Virus record (IMG/VR): IMGVR_UViG_3300005512_000020
Location: 5,287-69,286 of that record
Reading direction: 5' to 3' (one strand)
From: a virus
Lineage: Duplodnaviria > Caudoviricetes
DNA length: 64,000 nt
The notes below the pieces were generated by a model. The model saw only the letters and a list, made by a program, of their open reading frames with translations. It was not told the DNA's origin and searched no databases. Below, piece by piece: positions 54,377-63,978 of the stretch; position 1 is the first letter of the stretch, and each line of letters opens with the position of its first letter. A program made the position numbers and the translations under genes.

Positions 54377-55438
54377 TTGGATCGCTTCCTTGAGGTAGTG
54401 CCTCCGCGTCGTGGACTCCAGCAAGTGGCCCATCAGTGCGGAGATATGCGGATACTGAACGCCTTTCTTTAGGCACTCATTAGCAAACGTGTGGCGCAAT
54501 CCGTGGAAGGTTCGCCCAAAGATATCCACCTTAGCGCACAACCTGCTGAACTGAACGGATGTTTTGCTTCGTATCTTTGGGTCAACTGCGTCCATCGCTC
54601 TCGTTGGCCAAAAGAAATTCTCCGTGTAAGGCAACCAAAGGATTGCTTCCTTGAGCTTGGCGTTCGCAATCGGGATCTCCACTCTTGTTTCGCGCTTGTC
54701 CGTCCAGATGGTTAGATAACCAGGCTTCATGAGTGACTCCTGTTTAAGCTGGCAGATATCACCGAGGCGTAGTCCAGCGTATCGGGCAAGGATGATGGCG
54801 CAGAACCAGAAGGAGTCTTTATCCTTCATGTCATCAGGGTGGGTGAGCGCGAGTAGCGCACTGATTTGCTTGTCGTCAAACAGTTGGATCTCTTTCTTCT
54901 CCTTCTGCGCGTGCGATAGGTTCCCTTTGGTGACTCGTGCCAGCTTTGCAGGATTGCCCATGATGTAGCCGCGAGCACTCAAGAACCCTGTGAAGTTCAT
55001 GATGCATGCACGTAGGAACTTGCGGTTATTGTAAGATCCTTTGTCTTCTCCATTGATCCATTCCGACACGTGCTCACTGTTTAGTTGCGAACATTTCAGA
55101 TCTTGGATACCCACCTCAGACATCCACCTGTCCACCCGCCCGACGTAGTTACTTCGCGTTAGCTCTGACTCGGTTCCGCTCTGGCTGAGCCACCGATCCC
55201 ACTCTTCCCGCGCCTCAGTCAGTGATAATCCTTTCTTGCCAAGGATTGCTTTGTCGAATACCTCAGCGGATATCCTGCCAACCTTTGCAGCAGCCTCGAT
55301 CTCCTCAATGTTTGATTGCTTCGCTACCTTCAGTGCCTCCTGGCGGTTGCGTGTCTTGGTTGAGACTTTGCGCCTCTTCCCGTTCCGATCCACATACCTG
55401 ATGTGATATACCCCGCTCGGGGCTTTCGTTAAGTCCAT
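54368..55438 (-). CDS. Second tyrosine recombinase
   Basis: AGLRLGD, FHGLRH, MGH, HY. N-terminal YHIRYVDRNGKRRKVST. Confidence 0.9.
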   Translation of the reverse strand: MDLTKAPSGVYHIRYVDRNGKRRKVSTKTRNRQEALKVAKQSNIEEIEAAAKVGRISAEVFDKAILGKKGLSLTEAREEWDRWLSQSGTESELTRSNYVGRVDRWMSEVGIQDLKCSQLNSEHVSEWINGEDKGSYNNRKFLRACIMNFTGFLSARGYIMGNPAKLARVTKGNLSHAQKEKKEIQLFDDKQISALLALTHPDDMKDKDSFWFCAIILARYAGLRLGDICQLKQESLMKPGYLTIWTDKRETRVEIPIANAKLKEAILWLPYTENFFWPTRAMDAVDPKIRSKTSVQFSRLCAKVDIFGRTFHGLRHTFANECLKKGVQYPHISALMGHLLESTTRRHYLKEAIQSL

Positions 55439-56030
55439 GTTCTATCCTCCATTTCTCTGCCAGACGATGCTTCACGTTCTCAATCGCCTGATATTTGACC
55501 TTTGTTTCCAGACTTTCCAGCTGCTTCCTTATGTAGCTGTGATCCACTTGGGAGGTTCGTATCTTGGATGCTTCATGCACCTCTTTACGGAACGCTTCCC
55601 ACTTTTCTTTATTTGATTCTTGTTTAACTTTGTTCTGATTCTTCCGAATGCCAGACATCTTCTCGGTGAACATGCCTGTTGCGATGGATATCTCCACGAT
55701 CCTGCGCCGGGTCCATGTATCTTCCCGAACTTTAGCCAACCGGATAGCCTCCGCTTTACTGACCTGATTCTTATCCAGGTGACGAAGCTCTGCAATGTCA
55801 TGCCGCTTCTTAAGTAACCTGCGATACTCCCTGATGACCTGCTTCCAGAACTCAGACGGAGTAATGAACAGAGGAATATCATCCCCGATCTGGTTAATCG
55901 TCGTGACGTGCGCACCCCGCTTGCGCGGCACAGACTTTACTGGCCTCGGTCGCTTGATGACAGGCTTTTGATTAGCGTCATCCCCTCCGGGCTCTCCCGC
56001 ACGTATCTCCATTTGTCTTTCCTCTTGCAT
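55305..56030 (-). CDS. Hypothetical basic protein
   Basis: 241 aa. Overlaps the recombinase start by 134 nt. Confidence 0.55.
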   Translation of the reverse strand: MQEERQMEIRAGEPGGDDANQKPVIKRPRPVKSVPRKRGAHVTTINQIGDDIPLFITPSEFWKQVIREYRRLLKKRHDIAELRHLDKNQVSKAEAIRLAKVREDTWTRRRIVEISIATGMFTEKMSGIRKNQNKVKQESNKEKWEAFRKEVHEASKIRTSQVDHSYIRKQLESLETKVKYQAIENVKHRLAEKWRIEHGLNESPERGISHQVCGSEREEAQSLNQDTQPPGGTEGSEAIKH

Positions 56031-56290
56031 GCAATCAACCGTGTGTGCTGCCTCATCCGAAGTCGGTCACAGAAATCCACATCACACCCTTTTAGGTAGG
56101 CGAACATGGTGTCAAACGGAACACCATCCCATGTCCTGCGAGTGGCCAGCGCCGACACCATCAGCAAGTCCAAGCCTGACCGCTTGGCTATCTGCTCAAC
56201 AGTGTAGAGCACTGGCCGTTTGCTTCTCGTCCGCGCCAACAACCGACAGGTTGCTGGACTAAATCTCTTTGCCTTCTTCCAGAAGTTCAT
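55937..56290 (-). CDS. XRE/Cro-like HTH protein
   Basis: TVEQIAKRSGLDLLMVSAL...WDGVPFDTMFAYLKGC. Start lies 4 nt from an operator. Confidence 0.55.
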   Translation of the reverse strand: MNFWKKAKRFSPATCRLLARTRSKRPVLYTVEQIAKRSGLDLLMVSALATRRTWDGVPFDTMFAYLKGCDVDFCDRLRMRQHTRLIACKRKDKWRYVRESPEGMTLIKSLSSSDRGQ

Positions 56291-56293
56291 CGT

Positions 56294-56315
56294 GTCACAA
56301 TACCCATAGTGTTAC
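56294..56315. promoter_or_regulatory. 22-bp operator before the HTH gene
   Basis: GTCAC AATA CCCA TAGT GTTAC. Minus-strand TATTGT lies 6 nt before the ATG. Confidence 0.65.
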
Positions 56316-56339
56316 ATGTCTTGACGGGAAAGTCAACTG

Positions 56340-56549
56340 TTACCATTCGCAACACACCTCAAACTCGTGTCCGCATACCGGACAAAAGACCTCCATGTTA
56401 TCAGATCTTTCCGTGTCGTGCTCCGCTATGTCTAATTGCCGACAGTCCCAGAAGTCGGGCTCATCAAGCAGGTTCACGTATTGCTCACACTTAGGGCAAT
56501 CACAGTTTAATTCCACGTTCCACCCAGCTTTAACTTTTGCTTGCTTCAC
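56340..56549 (-). CDS. Small Zn-ribbon protein
   Basis: CDCPKC...CPVCG. Confidence 0.7.
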   Translation of the reverse strand: MKQAKVKAGWNVELNCDCPKCEQYVNLLDEPDFWDCRQLDIAEHDTERSDNMEVFCPVCGHEFEVCCEW

Positions 56550-59500
56550 GCTACTTTCCTTTCGTTGTTCTTATGTTCTGCCAAGAACTGAGCAAGCTCC
56601 CGCTCCACTTCAGTTTCTTCCTTAGACGATTTGATGTTGAATTTATTTCCTGCCTCCGAGATCAACTCGTTCATATCGATGGGCTTGAACTCCACATCGA
56701 TACGTTCACCGTGCAAGCATATCGTTGCCGCATCCTTCTTCGTTGCTACCTTGTCGAACATGAGTTCCTCAATGGTATCAGCGTGCAGGATACACCAGAT
56801 CTTAACTGGATACTTTGAGTTCACCCTGAACACTCGCCCTTCAGCTTGCGCCTTAGCACCGTAGCTCCACTCCAGGCTGGTGATGATTTCGTTCGGACAC
56901 TCAGGGAATGAGTAGCCAACCGCGCACTTGATCCCCATCAGCATGACCTCTGTTTTCTTCTGCTTAAACAGATTGGATTGCGTGTTGTGATTATCGGGCG
57001 ATACCGTGCTGTCAATCCGCGAGTAAGTGATGCCAGCCTGTTCCAGTAGATCCGCAATCGTATTACTGATACCTACCCTTGATGAGATCACAACCACCTG
57101 CTCACCCTTGGCGTTCAACTCAAGGATAAGCTTCAGAGTTGCCATGATCTTCGGATTCATGTTGCTTAATACTTCAGGGCCACCTCGCTGCTTAGTGTCA
57201 AACCCCGTAGGGTCAGCGCAGATCCCACGCAGGTAAGCCGATTGCTTGCGTGCAATCACAAGCGGGTTCTTGCCTGGGATGTTGGACCTCTGGAGGAAGT
57301 GGGCGTAAAGCTTTGCTTGCTGTGTCCCGAGCGGAACACGCACATCCCGAACCGTGCATCCAACCAGGTCAGGATTGCATTTCTCCTTGTTGATAAAGGA
57401 TAGCGTCGGGCTGATTAACTTCAGGAGTCTTGCAGGTGATGCGATAACCGGAGATACAGACTCACACTTACCATTCCAGTTGCGATCCTCCACCCTTCTG
57501 TCCCGCTCACGTGTAAAGTCCCGTTCCTTGGTTAGGAAGGTTGCTTGAAACCTGCTCATCTCATCGCTAGCATAAGGCCACGCCACATTCCTGCGCTCAC
57601 CGCGATACCAGTCAGGAACGCACAGCCACCCCATGATGCTGAACATATTGTCCACACGGTTCGGAATGGGTGTTGCACTCAATCCGAATCGATACTTGGG
57701 TTGCAACCGGATCAACGCCTTGGTCCTGAGACTGTCAAGGTTGCAAGCGTAATGGTTCTCATCCAGGATGACCGCATCAAACTCATCACCGATCAGCGTG
57801 GCCATGTTTGGCTTAACCACGCAGCGGATACCACCGATATCCTGCCCGACACGCTTTGCCCACCAGCTAGGATCACCGCTTTCATGCGGTGCAAGCGCAT
57901 GCTTCTCATCCTTCGGGTCAACCCCCATCTTCCTGCACATTTCAGCGTGTAGCTTCACGTCATCCCACGATGCCGGGACCGCCTCCATGGATTTGTTAAG
58001 CGTCAACGCCTCATAGTAGGTGATGTAAACACCGTGCGGAAGCTTGCCTTTGTTCAACTTCTTGATCCGGTAGTAGTCCTCCATGCTGAACAGCTCAAAC
58101 ACCGTCATATATGGAGCGAACTTATGGATCTCAGACACCCATTGACTCGGGTTGTATTCGTGTTCCTCGCCATCCTCCCCTTTAATAGTGCCACGCGGAG
58201 CGCATATCAAAGTGCGCTTGGGTGCTTTCATGGCGATGAGCGATATCGCCATGAGAGATTTTCCTGTGCCAACATCAGCCGCAACCTGCCCGTAATCCTT
58301 GATGCCGACCCGTGCAATGTAATCCTTCTGTCCTGGGTAATACTCAAACCCGCCGATCAACTCGCACGTTGACAACAGGCTTAGGTTGTTGGTGTATTTG
58401 TCCTTGTATCTGGTAGCGATATCCTGAACAAGTGGACGCTTGAACACTTGAAACAATTTGCTATCACATATCTCCAATGATTTCTGCTCTGTGTTCACGT
58501 GTCGCTTGAAGGTGAACCATGTCCCATCGTCACCATTCACACGAACATATCTATCCTGGCCAGAGATAGCGCACTCATGTTCGCGGGTAAACATTTCATC
58601 CGTTTCAGCATTGTAATGCGTCTTGTTTCGGGTGAACCGCTGCGTGAAGTTGTAGGTTCCAGTCTGAATGGGATAGGTTTTGCCAGCCGTGAGAGCCAGA
58701 CCCATAGGATCAACGCACTCAAGGGCTTCCTCTTCATCAGCGTATGCTGTCATCATGAAGTCAGTCGGCGGCGTGATTGGGCAAGCGGATTCTTCCGCTT
58801 CAGCCAATGCCTTATCGATTGCGTCCCTGGCTTCAGGCTCAATGAGATACTTGCCGTCCTCTGCCATTTCACGCATCAGGTCACGGTTCTCTTTCTCAGC
58901 CACCAATGCCAACGGGTGAGCATCATTAATGCTGCTCAACCTCAACACATCCTCGCGTGATAACTTATACTCAACCTTGGTGAGCCTGGATAAGTAAACC
59001 TTCAGCTTACCGCTTGCTGTTGTGTAGATGTTCCACTTGGGACGGTGCTTAGATTGTTCTTCAGCGATTGCTTTCAGTTCCTTCCAGCATCTTGCCATTG
59101 TGGTCATGGGGGGCGTCTCCCTTGGCTTCGACCAGATCACAATCCCAACCTCCACGTTGCAGTTATCCCAACACCCAACCTCTGTCCAATACTTGATCGT
59201 GTGCTCATTCTTATCCCATCCGTTTTTCTCAATAGTCTTTCGGTTTGAGATGAAGACAACTGTGCGTCCGTGTTGTATCGCCCAGTTCCAGGTGTGAACA
59301 GATGAATCAACCACCTCATCTCCCACCTTCCACCGCTTGGCAAACGGAGGATTGCAGAACACATGCGTAAAGAATGGCATATTGTTTCTGATGATGCGCT
59401 CATCCTCCTTCGCTACAATCTTGCGAAGAATCTCAGACGCCTTAACGGTATCCATGCACACCTTGTTGATACGCCCCGCCATCGGGTTATCGATGTCTCG

Positions 59501-59779
59501 TTTATCAATATCCAGGCCGAACAGGTATGACGGGAGGTTGTAGATGCGATCTTTTCCTATCGCCAGCAGACTACCGTTACCGCACTGAGGATCGATGACA
59601 GAGCTATACCAACCAGGAAGAAGGTTCCTGCCTCTTAGTATCGCCTCAATCTTGCGAACCAACCATTCAGGTGTGTAATACTGTTGCGTGTTCTGGAGCG
59701 TGCTCCATTTCGCTGAATCTTCAGCGTTGATTTGCTCATCGATTGTATCGATGTCAATCGTGGATCTGTTTTGTTTCAT
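56546..59779 (-). CDS. N6-adenine DNA methyltransferase fused to an SNF2-like helicase (DarB-like)
   Basis: DPQCGNG, NPPF, DVGTGKS, ILDENH, LSATP, QAEGRVFR. Confidence 0.85.
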   Translation of the reverse strand: MKQNRSTIDIDTIDEQINAEDSAKWSTLQNTQQYYTPEWLVRKIEAILRGRNLLPGWYSSVIDPQCGNGSLLAIGKDRIYNLPSYLFGLDIDKRDIDNPMAGRINKVCMDTVKASEILRKIVAKEDERIIRNNMPFFTHVFCNPPFAKRWKVGDEVVDSSVHTWNWAIQHGRTVVFISNRKTIEKNGWDKNEHTIKYWTEVGCWDNCNVEVGIVIWSKPRETPPMTTMARCWKELKAIAEEQSKHRPKWNIYTTASGKLKVYLSRLTKVEYKLSREDVLRLSSINDAHPLALVAEKENRDLMREMAEDGKYLIEPEARDAIDKALAEAEESACPITPPTDFMMTAYADEEEALECVDPMGLALTAGKTYPIQTGTYNFTQRFTRNKTHYNAETDEMFTREHECAISGQDRYVRVNGDDGTWFTFKRHVNTEQKSLEICDSKLFQVFKRPLVQDIATRYKDKYTNNLSLLSTCELIGGFEYYPGQKDYIARVGIKDYGQVAADVGTGKSLMAISLIAMKAPKRTLICAPRGTIKGEDGEEHEYNPSQWVSEIHKFAPYMTVFELFSMEDYYRIKKLNKGKLPHGVYITYYEALTLNKSMEAVPASWDDVKLHAEMCRKMGVDPKDEKHALAPHESGDPSWWAKRVGQDIGGIRCVVKPNMATLIGDEFDAVILDENHYACNLDSLRTKALIRLQPKYRFGLSATPIPNRVDNMFSIMGWLCVPDWYRGERRNVAWPYASDEMSRFQATFLTKERDFTRERDRRVEDRNWNGKCESVSPVIASPARLLKLISPTLSFINKEKCNPDLVGCTVRDVRVPLGTQQAKLYAHFLQRSNIPGKNPLVIARKQSAYLRGICADPTGFDTKQRGGPEVLSNMNPKIMATLKLILELNAKGEQVVVISSRVGISNTIADLLEQAGITYSRIDSTVSPDNHNTQSNLFKQKKTEVMLMGIKCAVGYSFPECPNEIITSLEWSYGAKAQAEGRVFRVNSKYPVKIWCILHADTIEELMFDKVATKKDAATICLHGERIDVEFKPIDMNELISEAGNKFNIKSSKEETEVERELAQFLAEHKNNERKVA

Positions 59780-60687
59780 GATGCTTTGTTTGTTGAATGT
59801 TGCAGTCCGTCAGAAAGAAGCTTGTCAATCTCTTGAGCTGCCTCCTCCGGTGTTTGAGGCCACTTGTCTTCGCGCTTGCCGTAGCACACCATTGCGCCAA
59901 CCTTGAATGTTCCGCCCTCACATGAGATTCCCTTATGCCCTGAAGGTATGCCGTAGCCAGCACCGTTCACTTCATACGCTCCAACCCGGAATGCTTTTCG
60001 TATATCTTCTGAGAAATGGGCCTCCATCACTCGAAGGATGCACCGCCTGAAGAAGTCAGGATTGCAGAGCGCAAACGCTATCCTTTCGCCTGACATTGGC
60101 TTATCAGGTGAGCAGATAGGTGTTGTGATGTGTATCGCCATGCGCTTACCCCCGTTTCGCAGGTCAGTTTCCACTGAAAAGTTAAGGCTTATCTCACAAC
60201 TTCCACCCGCTCTCACGATTTTGTCATACAGCCCAAGCACAACCAGTCCGCGCATTAATAATTCGTGCGGCGTGAATGATGCCGACGCGACAGGGTTATA
60301 CTCGATGCTGTATATCTGCCCGGGTGAGCCGCATTCCTCCATGCGGTAGGTGATCATGTGTTCATTCTCGCCCTCAAGGAACCTTCCGATATCAAACTCA
60401 TCGCCCGAGTCACTGAACTGAGGCTCAAACCTGAGCGACATAGATCCAACGTCTTTAATTTGATTGGAGCTTTCCTTGATTTTATCCCAACCTTCAGGCC
60501 AGCCCTTCACCTTGAATGCATCCATCGCCTCTTCCCATGTGTCGAAGTAAAAGAAGTCATGAAGCTGTGATGATGTGCGGTCACTAGCTCCTCCGTTGAG
60601 CTTCGGTTTGTTTGCAGCACGCTCAAAGTCTTCCCACGTGTCACAGTGAAGCGTAACCGCATCGCTTGTTTCAGTTATGTGAATCAT
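59776..60687 (-). CDS. vWA-like partner of the MoxR-type ATPase
   Basis: Coupled downstream of the AAA gene. FDIGRFLEG, ERIAFALCNPDFFRR. Confidence 0.55.
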   Translation of the reverse strand: MIHITETSDAVTLHCDTWEDFERAANKPKLNGGASDRTSSQLHDFFYFDTWEEAMDAFKVKGWPEGWDKIKESSNQIKDVGSMSLRFEPQFSDSGDEFDIGRFLEGENEHMITYRMEECGSPGQIYSIEYNPVASASFTPHELLMRGLVVLGLYDKIVRAGGSCEISLNFSVETDLRNGGKRMAIHITTPICSPDKPMSGERIAFALCNPDFFRRCILRVMEAHFSEDIRKAFRVGAYEVNGAGYGIPSGHKGISCEGGTFKVGAMVCYGKREDKWPQTPEEAAQEIDKLLSDGLQHSTNKAS

Positions 60688-60696
60688 ACATCCTCC

Positions 60697-62070
60697 TTAC
60701 TTGTTGCATTGCTCCAGGATCTTGCGAATGTCCGACTGCTCCAGCCCCTTCCAGAGCAGCATGGACTCAACCTCTTGCCGCGCAATCCCTGCATTAAGCA
60801 ACCTGCACCCATAGATGGTTGCTCTCGGGGATACCACGTGGCGAATGCCAAGTTGATCGACTGCTTTTCGGATGTTGGTCACACCAAGCAACCACTCTTC
60901 CGCATCGCAATCGGTTGCAGCATCAGCTTGCCACTTGAATTCAGGGCTATCTTTCTTCAGCCCGACCAGCGATGCCTCCAAACCCTCATCGACAGGCCAC
61001 TCGATGAATGCGAACCGATCAAGTGTTGCAGCATCCAAGTGATTGCGCCCAACGTAATGGCGGTTACCGCCAACGCCGAACGTGTTGGCAGCAGCAATAA
61101 ACCTGAAGTCTTTATGTCGCTCAAACGTCCCGCCCGGAGTTACGATCTTGCCGTTGCTCATAAGCAGGTTGATCATTGTCAACACGCCAGGGTGAGCAGC
61201 ATCGATCTCATCCATCAGGAACAGCTTGCCGTCACGGTATGCCCTTACCAACCCCGTCTCATGGTAGTTACCATTGGCATCCTTGAACCCAAACAGGTCA
61301 CCCTTGGATGTTTGAGGGCCGACGCTCATGATCTCGTAGTCCAAACTCAAAGCCTTGGCCACATTGATTGCCGCTGTTGACTTACCAGTTCCAGCGGGTC
61401 CAACAAGGAACGCAGGAACATCATTGGCCGCTACTTGAAGGAGCATTCCGAACTTGTAATGGTTCCTGCCTTCCAGTTCCTTGGTTTCAGTGGGAGTCTT
61501 AATGACAACAACCTCACGTGGAGGTATGCTTGCAATGTAGTCATCCACTTTCTTGCGGAGGATACGTTGCTCTTCCTTGAAGATCTTATCAACGGACTCA
61601 TGCACATGGCCCTCATTCGGTGACAAATCCGACACACGTTCCTCAACCAGCGGGATCACCGCCTCAAGGATCATGTCCGTCAGCCTGTCACCAGTGGATG
61701 CAATCTTCTTGGTTGCTTTGGGTTTCTTCGTTTCCGGTTTGGGCTCACTTGCAGGTTCCGTGTCCTGTTCAGGTTCGCTTTGTTCCTCCGGCGCATCATC
61801 AGGCTTAATCTCACCGCTCACGTCGAAGTCACCGAGCAGCGACTTGTTGCCGAGCTTGATCGCCTCAATCAATCGGTCAGCGCATTCATCCTTCTGCTCC
61901 AAGGTGGTGCCGCTGGACATGAAATGCATCAGGTTGGATGCGTTGTATGTGTCCATGACGAATGCGTTGGCGTGCTTCATCCAGTCAGGATGCTTTTGGA
62001 GGAACGCGAGTGCTGCTTGCAGTTTCTTTGTGACTTTCTTAGAGTCAAGAGCGATAGTTTCAGTAGTCAT
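60697..62070 (-). CDS. MoxR/CbbQ-type AAA+ ATPase (AAA_5)
   Basis: GPAGTGKS, LMDEIDA, FIAAANT, LDAATLDRF, SPRA. Confidence 0.9.
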   Translation of the reverse strand: MTTETIALDSKKVTKKLQAALAFLQKHPDWMKHANAFVMDTYNASNLMHFMSSGTTLEQKDECADRLIEAIKLGNKSLLGDFDVSGEIKPDDAPEEQSEPEQDTEPASEPKPETKKPKATKKIASTGDRLTDMILEAVIPLVEERVSDLSPNEGHVHESVDKIFKEEQRILRKKVDDYIASIPPREVVVIKTPTETKELEGRNHYKFGMLLQVAANDVPAFLVGPAGTGKSTAAINVAKALSLDYEIMSVGPQTSKGDLFGFKDANGNYHETGLVRAYRDGKLFLMDEIDAAHPGVLTMINLLMSNGKIVTPGGTFERHKDFRFIAAANTFGVGGNRHYVGRNHLDAATLDRFAFIEWPVDEGLEASLVGLKKDSPEFKWQADAATDCDAEEWLLGVTNIRKAVDQLGIRHVVSPRATIYGCRLLNAGIARQEVESMLLWKGLEQSDIRKILEQCNK

Positions 62071-62081
62071 AATAGTTTTAA

Positions 62082-62492
62082 TTAAAGGTTTTCGAGTTGA
62101 GCCATCAGTTCCGCAAGGTCCTGGCTATAAGATTCATCTTGATTGTCGTTTTCTCCAGAAGTAACGCCACCATTAGCGTTACCTTTACCGCCCCGGAAGA
62201 ACGGGATCGGCTTGTTACAGGCATGCCCCCAATAACCAACCTTGTCGGTGCCAGGTATAGGGTGACCATCCTTTTTCTTGGTAGCACGAAACCCGAGGGC
62301 GAACAGCTTCTTGGGAGTCTCTGCGCCATACTCTTTCTTCGGGACTTTAGTCGTGATCCACAACCATGACCTGTCCGCTTCAGTTTGAGCTGCTAAGGGT
62401 GGGCTCAGTTCCTCAAGCTTCTTTAAGCATTCCTCAATAGACATGCGTGGACGAGGTGATTTCTTTCGCTTGGTTTCCTCTGTTTTATTCAT
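62082..62492 (-). CDS. Hypothetical protein
   Basis: 136 aa with AAGGA RBS. Confidence 0.68.
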   Translation of the reverse strand: MNKTEETKRKKSPRPRMSIEECLKKLEELSPPLAAQTEADRSWLWITTKVPKKEYGAETPKKLFALGFRATKKKDGHPIPGTDKVGYWGHACNKPIPFFRGGKGNANGGVTSGENDNQDESYSQDLAELMAQLENL

Positions 62493-62517
62493 AACTTTCC
62501 TTTCCTTTCATTGTTAA

Positions 62518-62802
62518 TCAAAGACCTAAGCACAGCCCGATACCAGCCATCATCCCATACCCTATAAGGAACAGAATGAAACCAGCACCGAACGCTTTCA
62601 GCATCATGACCCCGGTTATTTTTGGTGGAGCTTCATGCGGATGCATTGGACACCAAGGACGAAAGGTTCCGTGTCCCTCCAATCCAGTTCCAGCAGTCTT
62701 GAATATCTGTTGACACGACTTTGTCTTACACGCGCCACTCTCGGGTGGGATCGCGTTGTTTCTTTGAGGTGAACGAATGGCTTGTCTTTCATTAGCTTTC
62801 AT
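62518..62802 (-). CDS. Hypothetical protein with C-terminal TM
   Basis: 94 aa. AFGAGFILFLIGYGMMAGIGL. Confidence 0.55.
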   Translation of the reverse strand: MKANERQAIRSPQRNNAIPPESGACKTKSCQQIFKTAGTGLEGHGTFRPWCPMHPHEAPPKITGVMMLKAFGAGFILFLIGYGMMAGIGLCLGL

Positions 62803-62838
62803 TTCATTTGTTTGGTTTATATTTGTGTGTGGTGGGTG

Positions 62839-63522
62839 TTAATACTCTCGCACGGGCATGATTGCCCCTATGTATCCTTTACCGGAGAATACGATTGGCT
62901 CACCATGCCCGACGTAAGCAAACCTTGGTGAAGGGAGATGAAGAATGTCGTAAAGCAGGTATGACTTAACCGGCGCACCAACTTCTTGGTCAGGAACTCG
63001 CATGCTCTCAGTCAGGAACTCACAGACTTCCTTAGATCCATCGCAAGTATTGCACGTCACCCAAACTTTAGGTGTTACTGGAACAGAGCCGCTTCCAGAG
63101 CATTCCTTGCACCCCGTATCAGAGCCACAGCACTCACACTCCACCTCTCCAATCCCTTCGCATTGCGGGCAGTCCATTAGCTTCGGAACCTTCCCATCCT
63201 TATTGCATATTGGACATCGGTTCACCACCCTCTCGATACAGCCAGGATCAATGGTGAATAGTTCAGTTTCCTGCATGGCACTAAGAGGGTGGATGATGCT
63301 GCCCTTAATAAGGTTACACACAGACTTCAGGAATTCCTTAGTCAGTGTTGATCTGTGGTTACTATCGGTTTGAGGGTATTCATACTCCACCGCAACCAAT
63401 CGCCTGCCATCGGTCGCAACAGTGTAGCCGTCTAGTATTGTGAACGGCTTCATTAAGTGTGGTCTCCAATCAGCTTCACAGAACTTTATAAGAGTTTCCC
63501 ACGGGATAGGCGGCTTACTCAT
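62839..63522 (-). CDS. Beta-clamp-like protein with inserted DnaJ-type Zn finger
   Basis: TVATDGRRL. Repeated CxxCxGxG. PIVF...GAIMPVR. AAGGAGG RBS. Confidence 0.6.
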   Translation of the reverse strand: MSKPPIPWETLIKFCEADWRPHLMKPFTILDGYTVATDGRRLVAVEYEYPQTDSNHRSTLTKEFLKSVCNLIKGSIIHPLSAMQETELFTIDPGCIERVVNRCPICNKDGKVPKLMDCPQCEGIGEVECECCGSDTGCKECSGSGSVPVTPKVWVTCNTCDGSKEVCEFLTESMRVPDQEVGAPVKSYLLYDILHLPSPRFAYVGHGEPIVFSGKGYIGAIMPVREY

Positions 63523-63599
63523 GCTGCCTCCTTATGCTCTGGTTTGATGTTTAATGTTGTTGTGAGTTTCATTGCTTTGATATGTGATTAGGTTAATAA

Positions 63600-63627
63600 A
63601 AAGTAATACAAATATTATTTAATGCAA
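63600..63627 (-). promoter_or_regulatory. Possible early leftward promoter
   Basis: TTGCAT-N16-TACTTT in an AT-rich gap. Confidence 0.45.
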
Positions 63628-63628
63628 C

Positions 63629-63656
63629 AAAAAAAGACCAGTGGTTAGCTGGTCTT
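63629..63656 (-). terminator. Intrinsic terminator
   Basis: AAGACCAG/CTGGTCTT followed by a T-tract on the minus strand. Confidence 0.65.
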
Positions 63657-63667
63657 GAATCAATGCG

Positions 63668-63946
63668 TCATGCAACCTCTTGAAGAATCTTCATCAACTC
63701 CTGTTTTACCATTCCGCGAACATTTACCTGTGGATCAGGCATAACAGATGGTTGCTTGCGTTCTGGCTTCCTTTTCGTTGGGCTCTTTCGTGTTGCTTTC
63801 CGGTAACTGAGGCGGCTTACGGTATCCATCAGGGATTCATAAGCTCTCTCAAGTTGTAATGCCTGGTCATCCATTGTGTCGGCCAGGTTATTTGCTGCTG
63901 CGAACAGTTTTCTCTGTGTTTTGGTTGAAAACCCATGCAATCGCAT
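63668..63946 (-). CDS. Hypothetical protein
   Basis: 92 aa, bounded by an operator and a terminator. Confidence 0.6.
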   Translation of the reverse strand: MRLHGFSTKTQRKLFAAANNLADTMDDQALQLERAYESLMDTVSRLSYRKATRKSPTKRKPERKQPSVMPDPQVNVRGMVKQELMKILQEVA

Positions 63947-63978
63947 ACATCACAGAGATACATGCGATTGCATAAGGT

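Noticed and set aside
56546-59779. Restriction-modification defence system
   Set aside because: No cognate restriction nuclease or specificity subunit is adjacent. The MTase-SNF2 fusion fits a phage anti-restriction protein better.
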